Positions 26,271 to 38,800 of a DNA stretch of 64,000 bases are shown one piece after another. Origin of the DNA: Camelus ferus (lineage: Eukaryota). The notes under the pieces are model-generated. The model did no database searches and was not told the origin of the DNA. It saw nothing but the letters and a program-made list of their open reading frames with translations. A program made the translations under genes and the position numbers. Position 1 is the stretch's first letter, and every line of letters starts with the position of its first letter. Where the stretch lies: positions 87,794,001 to 87,858,000 of the forward strand of contig NC_045697.1 of NCBI RefSeq assembly GCF_009834535.1, in the 5' to 3' direction.

Positions 26271-28999
26271 CTTCACTGAATAAATGTATAATGTCCAACT
26301 TGGATATAGCAGAAAATTTTAACAATTTTGGTTTTGCTTAGAAATGAGGATGCATCTATACAAACTTAATGTATGTTCTATTCTCAGTTCCAGATTCTCA
26401 CACAGCTCTCTTCCTTACAGGTAAATTGGGAAAAGTTGTTATTCATAACTATTCAGAAAAATAACCTGAGACTAATAAAAATGGCCTAATAGAAATTAGG
26501 CAGTAGGTCTGAAAAAAACTGGCCATGGGCAGGTTTGTAAGAAATCACTGAAAAAGAAACCAGCCAAGTTATAAGGATAAACATTTTCCCTTTGTTTAGA
26601 AGCTTCTTTGACCTGCTGGGCTGAGCCAAGAACAGGAAATATGAGTCTCTGTTTTCTTCCAGGACTCTCTTTGGCTCACTGGATGTACAGGAAGTGGTAA
26701 AAGGCTGTATGGTGGCTCTGTAGGAACTGAAAGTCCTTGGGCAAATCAGTCAGACCTGACTCTCCACATCAGCGAGCCAGGATAATAATACTGGCTAAAC
26801 TGATTTGAATCCCATCTGGATTTACTTACTGGCAAGTGTAAAGTGTTTTCAAAATACCAAATATTAAACAGGGCGTCCAAGCAGCTTCAATTTCAGTGGC
26901 CCCATCCTTTCCCTCCCTGCACTTCAGTGTACATTGCTCAGAGTGATGGGATGCAGTAAAACCCCAAATTACTGGTCTACCAAGCCCTTGCCTGACACTG
27001 TCCCCACATGCTGTTCCTGTTGGCCAAGAACTGCCTCCAGGCCACCTACTCTATTAATTTCCAACAGCAACTTTGCCAATCCTAAAGAAAATTTTGTTTT
27101 TGGATTTACTGATATCAGAATAAAAACATGAATACTCTGAAAATACAAAAAAAAAAGTCGTAATTGCTACTGAAAATTTCTAACTTTCCCAGTACACAGT
27201 TTTGGGAACTATTCCTCAGCCTCCAAAGCCTCGGCCTGTCAGACCATGCTAATTAGCATGCTTGAGAAATACGTGTGCCTCTCCTATTTTAATCTTGTAG
27301 GCATTACACACCAGGCAACTGATCTTAGATCCCTCTCTGCACTGGCTGCTGGAAGACTCAGAGCTGCATGGGTGGCTTACATAGGGACTTGATAAACACT
27401 TATTTGGCACAAATATCTCAATCTCAGCTTCATCTGTTATTTCCTACTTTGCTTTTCCTTTTTCTCATTCAATTAATATTAACACTGTGTTTTAATGTGT
27501 CTGCCAGTTGCCTTAAACACTTCCAGGAATAAAAAGCATGGTCGAAGAAGAACTTACTTTAAAAAATTGCTTGGCAAATCCTTACATCCATCTTCCAGGA
27601 CTCTGGCTGCATACAAATATTTAAAGACTATCTCTAGTTTTGTTACTGTGTGTATTTTTTCACCGTATACCACAGAAATCCTTACTTGTCCACTCTTTCT
27701 GAATAGTGTATCTGAGAAAAGTAACTTCATGCATCTGTAATAAATATCCTCAGATTTGGTCTTCTTGGCACATCTAAAACCTTCTACATGGACTTTTTCA
27801 TGTTGATGGGCTCAAAATACACTTGATTTCTATTCTCTGGGAGCACTTCTCCAAAGCAGAAGAGCAAAGGTAAAGAAACACTGAATTTAAAAAAAACAAA
27901 TGAATACAGGTTGAGGAAAATTCTACTTTATGAAGTTCCTCCGTCTCATTGCCTCATTTTCAGAGCCTATTCATGACTTGGAAAAATTCATAACCTGGCA
28001 AAATAAAAGCATTCATTCTCCTCCAGGCTGTAAGCCAAATCAAACCATTCTTTTTAATTACAGGTGAATAATAACACCCTTAAATTTCTTACAAATAACG
28101 TCAGCCTCCTTTTGCTTTTTGACTGATGGAAGGTGATGAATGAAGACCTTTTAATTCGGCACAGCTGGATGTCTTTTGTTGCACTTCCTCTCAAAGGTTG
28201 CTGTGCAGATCTGGCCTATTTTGTCAGATGTGCTAAAAACAACCTGCCTGACTGGAGGTGGAAACAGCCTTCAAACAGAAGACATTTGCGTGATTGAATA
28301 CCCTGTCGGGACGGCAGCTGTGGCCAGCAAGGTACGAAGTGGAAGATATGCCATTTGTTTGAGCGCATGTGCTTGTGTGTGCAAGTGTGTTTCGATTTGA
28401 TGGTTCTCCCAGGACTAGAGAAGGCCCCTCCAGTCAGCCTTTGGAGCTGGTGTGAAAGTGACTTTAGAACTGCTGCCAATTTTGAGGCTGTCTGTAAAAT
28501 AGAGGGCTTACTGCCTGGACCAAAAGCCTTTGTTCCTGTTTGAATTTCGGAATGCCCAGTAAACCAAACCTTCCTTGAGCAATTCAGAAGGTGTGTGAGC
28601 TGCAGGACTTGGTGACATCTCGATAAGGAGTTGACTTGCTGCAAGTTGCAGTTTATCCAACTACTTCCAGGACTGAACTCAGTGCATTTCCCTGGGAACA
28701 TGGGGAAAGATGCAGTGGCCACCCTTCACCATTGCCCCTGCTCACTGTAGGTTTAATTGAAATGAGTGATCTGTGACAGAATGCAACTGGACCTTATCTC
28801 AGTAGTGCTGATCTGTGTCTCCAGGGGCACGGGTTCAATTGCCTGTAGTAGATAGCTCAGCACAGACTGCAATTTCCTAGGGATGTATCTTTATGCACAG
28901 GAGCCAAGTCACAGGGCCGACAAACCAGATTCCCAAGCTAGAACAAAGCCTTGGACTGGCTAAATTCTTTCTTTTATGCTAGACTAGGTACAAGATGTT

Positions 29000-29165
29000 T
29001 CTCAACCACCTTATGAGATCGATACTATCTCCATTTTACAGAGAAGAAAAAAAAGATAATAAGAGGCTTGGAAGAGAGCTGGTAGGACAGTACCGTGAAT
29101 TTGGGAAGTGACAGATCCAGAGATTCACATCCAGGTCTTATTTGAAATCCTGTGCTCTTTGCCAA
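29000..29165 (-). mobile_element. MIR fragment
   Basis: 'tatctccattttacagagaag...aagtgacagatccagagattcacatccaggtct'. Confidence 0.65.
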
Positions 29166-29639
29166 AATTGAGTTCATTATCATTTTATCAGTGTGTCTAA
29201 TAAAACTGATAGGTATCAATTGAAAAAGGAAGTACACATTGTACTTTCAGAAATGTGTAATAATTGTGTACAAAAGGGTTTAATTTATTAAGATTTACTT
29301 AATATGCAAGCATAATTTGCTAGATTTTTGTGTGTGCCTTCCTCCTTTACTCCTCCTAAATGAAGATAACCTAACAATGATTACTCGGATGGTATTTTCA
29401 CACCAGGAGAGAGAGAGGAGAAAGAAGACAGTTGATAGACTATTGAGATTCCCTTGTATGGAACTCTGGTTTCTTTCTAGTTGTCTTTGAATTTCTCATG
29501 TGGAACCACACAACACAATTAAATCACTCAGCAAACTCAGTGATTGATCATCAGCTAATAAGTACCTCGTATGATCCTAGAAAGTTTAACACTTTAAGTG
29601 TGAATATAAATGGATAATTTATATATATATATATATATA

Positions 29640-29820
29640 AATGGATAATTCTTTGTATGGAGGGATTGTCCTGCACAGTGTAAGACTTTCAGCAGCATCC
29701 TTGGCCTCTGTCCACTAGTTGTCAGCAGCATTCCCCTCACAGTTGCGAAAATAAAAACTATCTCTAGGTATTGCTAAATGTCTCCTGGGAGGCAAAATTG
29801 CCCTTGGTGGAGTACTACTG
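29640..29820 (+). mobile_element. MER20 hAT-Charlie MITE
   Basis: 'ataattctttgt...tgtcctgcacagtgtaag...cagcagcatccttggcctctgtccactag...ttgctaaatgtctcctgggaggcaaaattgccc'; preceded by (TA)n flanked by duplicated atataaatggataatt. Confidence 0.88.
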
Positions 29821-29829
29821 CTTTAAAAG

Positions 29830-32330
29830 ATGTATGATGATATAAAACCAAAATTAAATTAATTTTGGATATGTATCTGTATCTACCTATCACTATAGAC
29901 ATAGCTATATATAGATATAGCTCTGTTTGTATATATATCCAAAAACAGCACAGAGAATATGGGGTGGTAAATTGAATGACACTGTTACAAGGTTTCTATA
30001 TACTTTATATGAAGTAGTTCAATATTGACTTTACATAGTTTGTAATAACTTAAAGATAGATACTGTAATTCCTAGAGCAACCACTAAAAAATTGCAAGGA
30101 AATATATTGAAGAGCCAGGAAAGAAATAAAAATGGAATACTAAAACTGATTAACTCAAAAGAAGACAGGAAAGAAGAAATGGATAAGCAACAACAACAAA
30201 ATCATATGAGAAAAGGCACAAAATGGCAGACCTAAATCTAACCATATCAATAGTTGCATTAAAGGTAAATGGCCTATGTTTTCCAATTAAAAGACAGTGT
30301 TGATTTGTATAAAGCAGCAAGATCCAACTAAATGCTGTCACTAAAAGATGCATTTTAACTAAAAAAGCACAAAAAGCTTGAAAGTATAAAGGATGAAAAA
30401 TTATATATCATGCAAGTACTATTTAAAATACAGCTGAATTGCTCTATAATAGTCACAAGGGTGAATACATCAGGAGGAATTAATTTCAATGTGTATATGC
30501 TTAAAAACTGAGTTTTGACAAAAATAAAGCAGTAACTGATAGATAAAAAGAGAGAGAGAGGCAAAAACCACAACTGCATTTGGAAAATGTAACACATCTG
30601 TCCCAGTAATTATAATAATTAAGCAAAAATAATCACAGTTAAGAAAAGAGAAAATATAAATAATACTATTTAATTAGTCAGGGTTCTCCAGAAAAGCAGA
30701 ACCAATAGGTTATTCATTACAGGAATTGGCTCATATCGTTACAGAGATCAGGAAGTCCCATGATCTGCTATCACAAGCCAAAGAACTAATAAAGCTGGTC
30801 GTGTAATTCGCCCAAGTACAAAGGCCTGAGAATGGGTAAGAGGGAAGTTGGGGGTGATGGTGGCTGATGGTGTAAGTTCCTGTCTGAGACAGAAAGCCTG
30901 AAAACCAGGAGCCCAGATATTTGAGGGCAGGAGAGAAGGTTATCTCAGCTCAAACAGAGAGAACAAGTTCACCTTTCCTCCACCTTTTTGTTCTATTCAG
31001 ATTCCGAAAGGATTGGATGATGCCCATCTGTATTGGTGAGGATGATTTTCTTTACTCAGTCTACTGATTCAGGGCTAACCTCTTCCTGAGACATCTTCAC
31101 AGACACACCCAGAATTAATGTTTTACCAGGTACTTGGGCATTCCTTAGCCCAATCAAGTTAACATATAAAAATAACCATCAATCATTTTACTTCATAGAC
31201 ATTTACAGAACATATAATACAAGTACAGAATCCACATTCTTTAAAAGTGCACCTGAACTATGAACCAGCATAGATCACACTGGGTAATAAAATAAGTCTC
31301 AATGAAGTTCAAAGGACTAGGCAGCACTGGTAATTAATTATATTCTGTGACTATATGGAATTAAATTGGAAATCAGTAAGATTTCTAGAAAAGTTCCAAT
31401 ATTTGAAAATTAATCAATTTCTGAATAACCCATAGATCATAGAAGAAATCATTAATTAGAAAATATTTTAAACTAAATGAGATGAACATACAACTTATCA
31501 AAATTGGTGGCACGCAGCTAATACAGTACTCAGAGGGAAATTTATACCTTTAAATGCTTATATTAGAAAGAAAGAGAGGCTTAATATTAATGATCTAATT
31601 TTCCACCTTAAGAAGCCATTGCGAATACCTTAATATTATCATAAGACTATTTTAAGAATTTAGAAAAAGGTAAAATTAAATTCATAGTTGGAAGAAATAA
31701 TAAGAGCAGAAATCAAAGAAATAGAAAAGAGACATAATCAAAAATTTTTGCAAAACTAGGAGTTGGGTTTTTTTTAAAAGGTATAATAAACTCTAGCAAC
31801 ATTGATGAAGATAAAGGAGAGAGAAATCACAAACTTCTGGTATTAGGATTGAAAAATAGATTACTCCAGATATTACAGAAACCAAAATGGTTTCAGACCT
31901 TATGAAAAACTTCATATGAATGAATTTAGCACTATAGATGAAATTGACAAAGTCCTTAAAAACACACAACTGACTGACACACAAGACACAGATCTGATTC
32001 CAGGTGAGACAGGAAATATAAATGCCTTACATTCATCAGAAAAATTGAATTATACATCAGAAACTTCCACATAAAGAAAATTTTAGGCCCAGATGGTTTT
32101 CATGGTGAGTTCTCTCAAATTTAAGGAAGACATAATGCCAATCTCACCTAATTTTTTCCCCAAAAATAGATAAAGCACACTTCCATATTTGTTTTATGAG
32201 GGCAGCATAACTGTGATATCTAACAAATACATTGCAAGGAAAGAAAATTGTAGACCAACCTCCTTCATAAAAATCCTTAACAAAATCATAATAAAAGAAT
32301 AATACATAATGACCAATCAGTTATTCATTC
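29830..32330 (+). mobile_element. old L1M (inter-ORF region and ORF2 endonuclease/linker), interrupted by MLT2
   Basis: 'cctagagcaaccactaaaaa', 'gatccaactaaatgctgtc', 'gcagctaatacagtactcagagggaaatttatac', 'aggcccagatggttttcatggtgagttct'. Confidence 0.85.
30669..31181 (-). mobile_element. ERVL solo LTR, MLT2B-like, nested in L1
   Basis: 'attagtcagggttctccagaaaagcagaaccaatagg...ggattggatgatgccca...cacagacacacccaga...caatcaagttaacatataaaaataaccatca'. Confidence 0.9.
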
Positions 32331-33666
32331 TAGACCATGTTACTTGATGGAATCCGATTAAATTATTGCTTAGTCTTTTACTGTTTCAAATTCCCCAGTA
32401 CCTGGTGGGGCCTTGTGAAACTTTGTCTTGCCAGTAATTCATTGTGTTATTCTCAGAGAACATTATAAATTTGGTCCATGATGGAACATCTTCTTGAATG
32501 AAGTCAAACTCAAGGAAAATTAAAATGTTTACTAGCTTCATTTTTTTCTATTCAAAATGAATACACCTTTAAAAAAAATTCACTCCAGGAGAATGTCTAA
32601 TCTTCCACCATGCAGACTGTCTACTTTATTCAATAGAAAAATTCCAGTTAGAAAACTGGCAAGGCTTTCAAGCATTATAAAGTATTTTCAGCATTTTATT
32701 TGAGAATGAAAACGTGAACACAACTTCCTACTATTCATCCCTCTTATTCCTAAAGTGCTGTTCAGATGATGAAACAAATTCTCCTATTTTCTCCTTGAAG
32801 TTTCGTCTTGAGGCAGGTCTTATTTTTATCCACATTGTACGGCTGAAGAAAGTGAAATTCAGACAGGGTAAAGGAGTTTCACAGAGAGTTACAAAGAAGG
32901 TAAATGACATATTTGCCAAAGACCTACTATGTATTCAGAACTGCACTAGTCCCTGTAGAAGCAGGTATCAGTGAGATGCCATGGAATCATGCTGTATTTT
33001 CTCTAAACCTTTGAAACTAGTTTTCTAAAACCTAGTGTCTGATTGAACCATCATTCCTTTTCTTGTTTATTGATTCTAAGACCACATGGATCCCCTCTCT
33101 GCCCAGGGGAGACTATTACTCTAATAGTAATGACTGTTACTTTATTGAATCAGCCAGAACAGATCCAGATTTACAGCCACATGACTATCAACAACAAAAG
33201 GAAAAACATGATTATCAGATTCAAGGAGAAAATATAATTAGTAAAAAATAAATGTGGACCATTTAAAATCCTATAGCTCAAAGAAATCCAACTTAAATAA
33301 TACCAAGAACAATTTTTGAAACATAGCAGATTGTCAATAAATATGATTAAATTAATGACTGAGAACAACAGTGAGACAACTTTTTGCCTGTCCAATTATA
33401 GATAGATAATATAAAGATAGGTGATAAAGAAATACATGGATAGACAGGTAGAAATAAAGATAGACAGAAATAGGCAGTATGACCCAGTGCTCTTGAGGAT
33501 ATGTTGAAATTGGCATTCTTGTTTGTTGCCCTTGGCATTGTAAATTCAAATACTCTTTTTAGAATGAATAAAAAAAGTGATAATGATGCTTTATCATTTG
33601 TTTTAAATTAGTAAGTTTATTGTGGGCAATATATCCAAAAGTAAGCATCCAAAATCAGGGGGAATT

Positions 33667-34457
33667 ATATCACCTCATACCTATCAGAATGGCTATCATC
33701 GAAAAGAACACAAATAACAAATGTTGGCAAGGATGTGGAAAAAAGGGAACCCTTGTACACTGATGGCAGGAATGTAAATTGGTGTAGCCACTATGGAAAA
33801 CAGTATGGAGGTTTCTCAAACACTAAAAATAGAACTACCATATGACCCAGCAATGCCACTCCTGAGTATACAGTCAAAGAAAACCAAAAGCACTGATACA
33901 TGCATCCCAATGTTTCTAGCAGCATTATTTACAACAGCTGAGATATGAAAGTAACCTAAGTGTCCATCAACAGATGAATGTAAAAAGATGTGGTGTACAG
34001 ATACGATAGAATGCTTACCCAGCCATAAAAAAAAGAATGAAATTTTGCTATTTGCAACAACATGAATGGACTTGGAGCATATTATGCTAAGTAAAACAAA
34101 TCAGACAGAGAAAGACAAATACTACATGATACCACTTATATGCAGAATCTAAAAAATACAACAAGCTAGTGAATATAACCAAACAGAAACAGATTCATAG
34201 ATACAGAAAACAAACTAGTAATTACCAGTGGGGTGAGGTTAGCGGGGAGGGGCAAGATAGCGATATGGGATTAAGAGGTACAAACTATTATGTATAAAAT
34301 AAATAAACTGCAAGGATATATTGTACAGCCAAGCCCCCAAAATAGCCAATATTTTATAATAACTATAAATGGAGTATAACCTTTAAAAATTGTTAATCAC
34401 TATGTTGTACACCTGAAACTTATATAATATTGTACACTAACTATACCTCAATAAAAA
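33667..34457 (+). mobile_element. 5'-truncated L1 (ORF2 C-terminus plus Laurasiatherian-type 3' UTR)
   Basis: 'tatcacctcatacctatcagaatggctatcatc...gccactatggaaaacagtatggagg...ccatatgacccagcaat...tgtacacctgaaact...aactatacctcaataaaaa'. Confidence 0.92.
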
Positions 34458-34665
34458 GTCAAACAAATAAACAGACAGAAAAACATAAACAAGCTTGCTT
34501 GAGGAGTATTTATATGGAACACAAATATATTAGGCTTATTCCCAATTATTTCTGTCACCAATTGTTCAGTATCCCTCTTTCCAATTTCCTAATTGTTTAC
34601 CAAACTACTAGCCAATGACTTATGACTTAGTTTGGAACTGTGCCTTAGGCCATTTCTCTTCTTCT

Positions 34666-35059
34666 AGGAAAAAAGGAAAGTGAAATGTAGTGTTTCTTTT
34701 GGGGGAGATTTCTCCCCTCCACTGTTTTTTAGGGCCACACTGAGTAGACTACAACACAGTAACAGTTCACTTATTGTTGGTATGAGCAATCTGTAAAGCA
34801 GACTTGTATTCTTCCCTTCTCAGTCAACTTGTCTTAGGGAGTTTTCTGTGAGAACGTAGATATGGATTGATGGGGAGTATAGTGTGTGTGTGTGGTGGGG
34901 GGAGTGGCTAGTAGTACAGCAAGAATCTGCCTGCTGGTAGCATAAGCCACCTGTTATGCAATTTACAGTTGATTTCAGGAAAAAAGACAATGAGATGCAG
35001 TGTTTCCTTTGGGGGAGATTTCTCCCCTCCACTGTCCTTTAGGGCCACCCTGAGTAGAC
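34666..35059 (+). repeat. interspaced direct repeat of about 84 bp (34666-34749 and 34977-35059)
   Basis: both copies contain 'tttgggggagatttctcccctccactgt....tagggccac.ctgagtagac'; offset 310 bp. Confidence 0.95.
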
Positions 35060-35615
35060 AGCATATATTTCTACTTTCACTTTTTAAGGAAATACTTCTA
35101 TGTTTGTCTTAGTTTTCAGCTGAACAGATCAGTTATCACTCACTTCTAGATGTATGGCTCAGATTACACAATCCCTGGTATTACATTTTATGCTTCTTGT
35201 CTATACTAGGGCTGAACATCAGGCCAAATGATTTTTGCCAAGGAAGAATACTTATTAGTTGATGGATTGTATTTGACTGAATATTCTGGGCCTCCATGGT
35301 GATTATCTGACCAGGATTTGCTACAGAATACATAAGACATGTGGTCTACTGCAGATAATTCAAATTTTGTTGTGTCAGATGTATTATAAAGGCCAAGTGG
35401 GTGGACCCCTTGTACTCAAGCCTAGAGCCAGTAGCAAGTTTTTTCCTTTTCTGAGTCCACTCATACCAGTAAATCAGTAAACACAGTAAATGCAGATGTG
35501 ATACATGTTACCTCCAAAATTCAAAGATGGAACCAGTTTTTACACCTCTTTATTAGTGGTGGCAAGCAAAAGAGAAGGCAATTTGTCCTTCATTTCTTTG
35601 TTTTTTTAAATTCAG

Positions 35616-35896
35616 TTTTTTTTTAAATTGAGATATAACTGACACACAACATATAACATTGCATTAGTTTAAAGTGCACATCATAATGACCTGATACATG
35701 TATAGACTGCAATATGATTACCACATCTATCACCACTCATAGTTATAATTTTTTCCTTGTGATGAGAACTTTTAAGACATACTCTTTTAGCAACTTGCAC
35801 ATATATAATACAGTGTTGTTAATTATAATCAATGCTACACATTACATTCCCAGGACTTATTTATCTTATAACTAGAAGTTTGTACCTTTTGACCAT
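35616..35896 (-). mobile_element. short L1 3' end (L1MA9-like)
   Basis: T-run then 'aattgagatataactgaca...gtgatgagaacttttaaga...tagcaactt...gacttatttatcttataactagaagtttgtaccttttgacca'. Confidence 0.85.
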
Positions 35897-38800
35897 TTTC
35901 ATTTTGAAGTTGAAATCTTGACATTTCCCCCCAAACTTCACTAAGGTCTCTATATTTTCAAGTGTGTTGTATGTTATCAAGCCCATATCTGCCTTACTAG
36001 TCTGGAAGGAAATCTGTTGCTTTTATTTTTAGTAAAATCTATGAGATGTCATCAGTGTAATAGAGCCATCCTGTAGGATGCTGAGATGGTAAGGTCATGG
36101 CTTTTAACTGCTTTGATAATCTTCCTGTGTGCCCTGGCTGGCTGGGACTGGAGCCAACTTCTCGAATTTTCCCAGATTCTGTTCCCTCCCTCCGCTTCTT
36201 CTTCCTCCCTCTGTTCCTCCATCCCAATTTATTATCAACTTCTGTTGTCAACAGATGGGGTTTATGACAAATTATGTTGAATTTGGAAGAAGGTGCTTAA
36301 CTCAAAATGCCTCTTTATACTTTTATTCTATTAGGTCCGATTCGCATTACTTGGAGAAAGGACTGCCTCAGCTAGAGACTTTGAGGCTGCTGGCTCCACC
36401 TCCCCAGTTTCCATATGGTCAAAACTGGTTCTGAAGTATGGATATTGTACTTCAGTCACTCAACAGTCATTTTCTTAGGGAGTTCAGAGAGTGTCAATGT
36501 CTGAGTCTTTAAAGATAATACATCAGTCACCACAAATTTTGGGCTTCAGGTAAATATTAGAGCACATGGGAATTTCTGGAATCTTGAGTTCAAGCACAGA
36601 TTTAGTTACACCTACTGGCATTCTTAGTGTGCTTTTGACTAAAGGGAATCCTCTTGAGTGGAGGGTAGGCTGGCCTAACACCAGACTCAAAGGCTTCAGA
36701 GTGGTAAGACTACAGGACCCTAATCAAGCAGGTTACCCACAGGACTATCCACTACCCACATGGCCAGACAGAACTAGATGCTCACCAGTGACACTGATCT
36801 ATGGACCGAATTAGTCGAGCTATCCCTCCACAGACAGAAGAAGACACACAAAAACAGAAGACTTTCTGTTCCCTGTTTTTATGAGATCCCTTAGGAACCC
36901 TTCCCTTTTTCGACCCCACACTAGAGACTGGAGTACACAAAACTGTTTTTAAAAGTGAGGTACTATTTTGAGATACCACTCATTTGTGAACAGAAGCTTC
37001 TCCCATCCTTCCCATCTCCTACAAGTGAGTCAATGAGGCTGCATGGGAGTTCAAGATGCAGATTAGATTACTTAAAGAGAAACAAGCTACATTTCCTTTG
37101 CAAATAAGAGCAATTATGTATTACATTTGTGAACCTAATATACAACTGTCTCTTCTAGGTTAATGATATGCTGCATTCCTTTAATTCAATAAGTCAAATT
37201 TAGTCTTCTCTGAGTCCCTCCCCCACATTCCTAATTCAAAACTCAATTTCCATAATCAAACAAGAATTTTGAACTTAAACTATTAAGGGCCCAGGAATAG
37301 GTGTGAGTCTGTAAAACCTGGACCCTCCCACCTTTTCCCTGATTCCTTATGCTACTGAGTGTGCTTTCATTATTGCTTTTCGGTCATTTGTCACGCAGCC
37401 TGCTCTACTCAGACTCCTGTCTGCTCATTCATTCCCTTGCCTACAGATGTGTTCACAGCTGCTTTCACTGCTTATCTATAAGCCACAGTTCCTAATGTCC
37501 AATCTCTGCAGACACAGCTGCAAGCTCTTATTGCAGGAGCTTACACGCAATTGTGTCTTTGGTCTCTGCCCCTGCCTTCCCCCACAGTCTACTCCTATGT
37601 CCTTCGGTGTTTGAATTTCTGCCTCACTCAGCTTTGACTTCCTTTCACGTAAGGCTGAGTGTGGTCATCTTCTAGTTACCTGCTTTGGTTTCTGTAACTC
37701 AGAAGTTGTTAACCATTGGCTTCAACAGTGCTATCCCAGTGTACTACCAGTTTTAGGGGATAGAGGAGGTTGAAAGAAAAGCTTGACTTTTCTATCAGTT
37801 AGGAATTAAGTTTGGCCTAAACAATTGGGTTTATTGTTCTCAGCTAGAACAAGACTAGTATGGTAGCTACCTAATGCTTTTTGGGATCCAGGCTCTTTTT
37901 ATTTCTCTGTCATCCAGGGGTTGTGAATCTTGTTCCTGTGGTTGCAAGATGGCTGGTGTGCCTCTAGCATCATGCCCACATGCCATGCAGAAATAGGTAA
38001 GGAGGTGTAGCTGCTTCAGTCACAGCACTTGCACTGTGTGAGCATTTCTGTCAGGGCACTTTGAACAACGGTTGTCTGGCTAAAAGAATAGAAAAACCAC
38101 CAATTCAAGTCTAACTCTCTAATTTTACAGAAAAAGAAACAAAGAGACCAAGTGTAAATTAAGAAAATTGGCCAAAGGCCCAAAGGATCATTGGACGTGA
38201 AGCCTTGCTTTTATGTATTTTTCTTAGTATTTCTACCAGTCATCTTCTAACTCATCCTCAACAGATTGTTAAAACGTTATCACTGTGACTGCTGTTTAAA
38301 GAAATGGGCCTATTAAGGGGCTGGAAATAAAAATTCACTCCCCGCATTTTAGTCCAATTAATTGCCACCTAGAAAGTGTTTAGTTAAAAAAAACAACAAC
38401 AACTTTTCACAACAGGCTCATTTTTGCAGATTGAGGTTTTTGTTTATGCAAAAAGATTACTATGAAATAATATGTATCTACATTTTATTTATTTCTCCAA
38501 GAATCCTTGCACATTCAGATTAGGGTATGTGATTTACCTATGTAACAATGCAAAATTATATGATGAAGACACTGTGGTAAGCACCTGTGGTTTCTGCTCA
38601 GGAGAAACTTATTTTGTTCCTGAGGGTACAGCACCAAATACCTGATTATATAATCAGAAAACATTTTTCTGCATTTTCACTAATTTTCTTCAGGATTTTG
38701 GGCTGAAGTGGTGAAGATTTTGTTATGAGGCACTTATAATAATGATGGCACTGGTAGGGATATTTTCCTCCAAGAATGAAATAATTGCATTCACTATTTT

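Noticed and set aside
27245..27260. Perfect 16-bp palindrome catgctaattagcatg (octamer-like/TAATTA)
   Set aside because: About one such palindrome is expected by chance in 64 kb (64000/4^8), and there is no independent support.
38660..38759. 60-nt exon-like segment (ttttcttcag|38694-38753|gtaggg)
   Set aside because: It has stops in all three frames, the CACTAAT branch-like motif is only about 10 nt from the AG, and the donor is weak.
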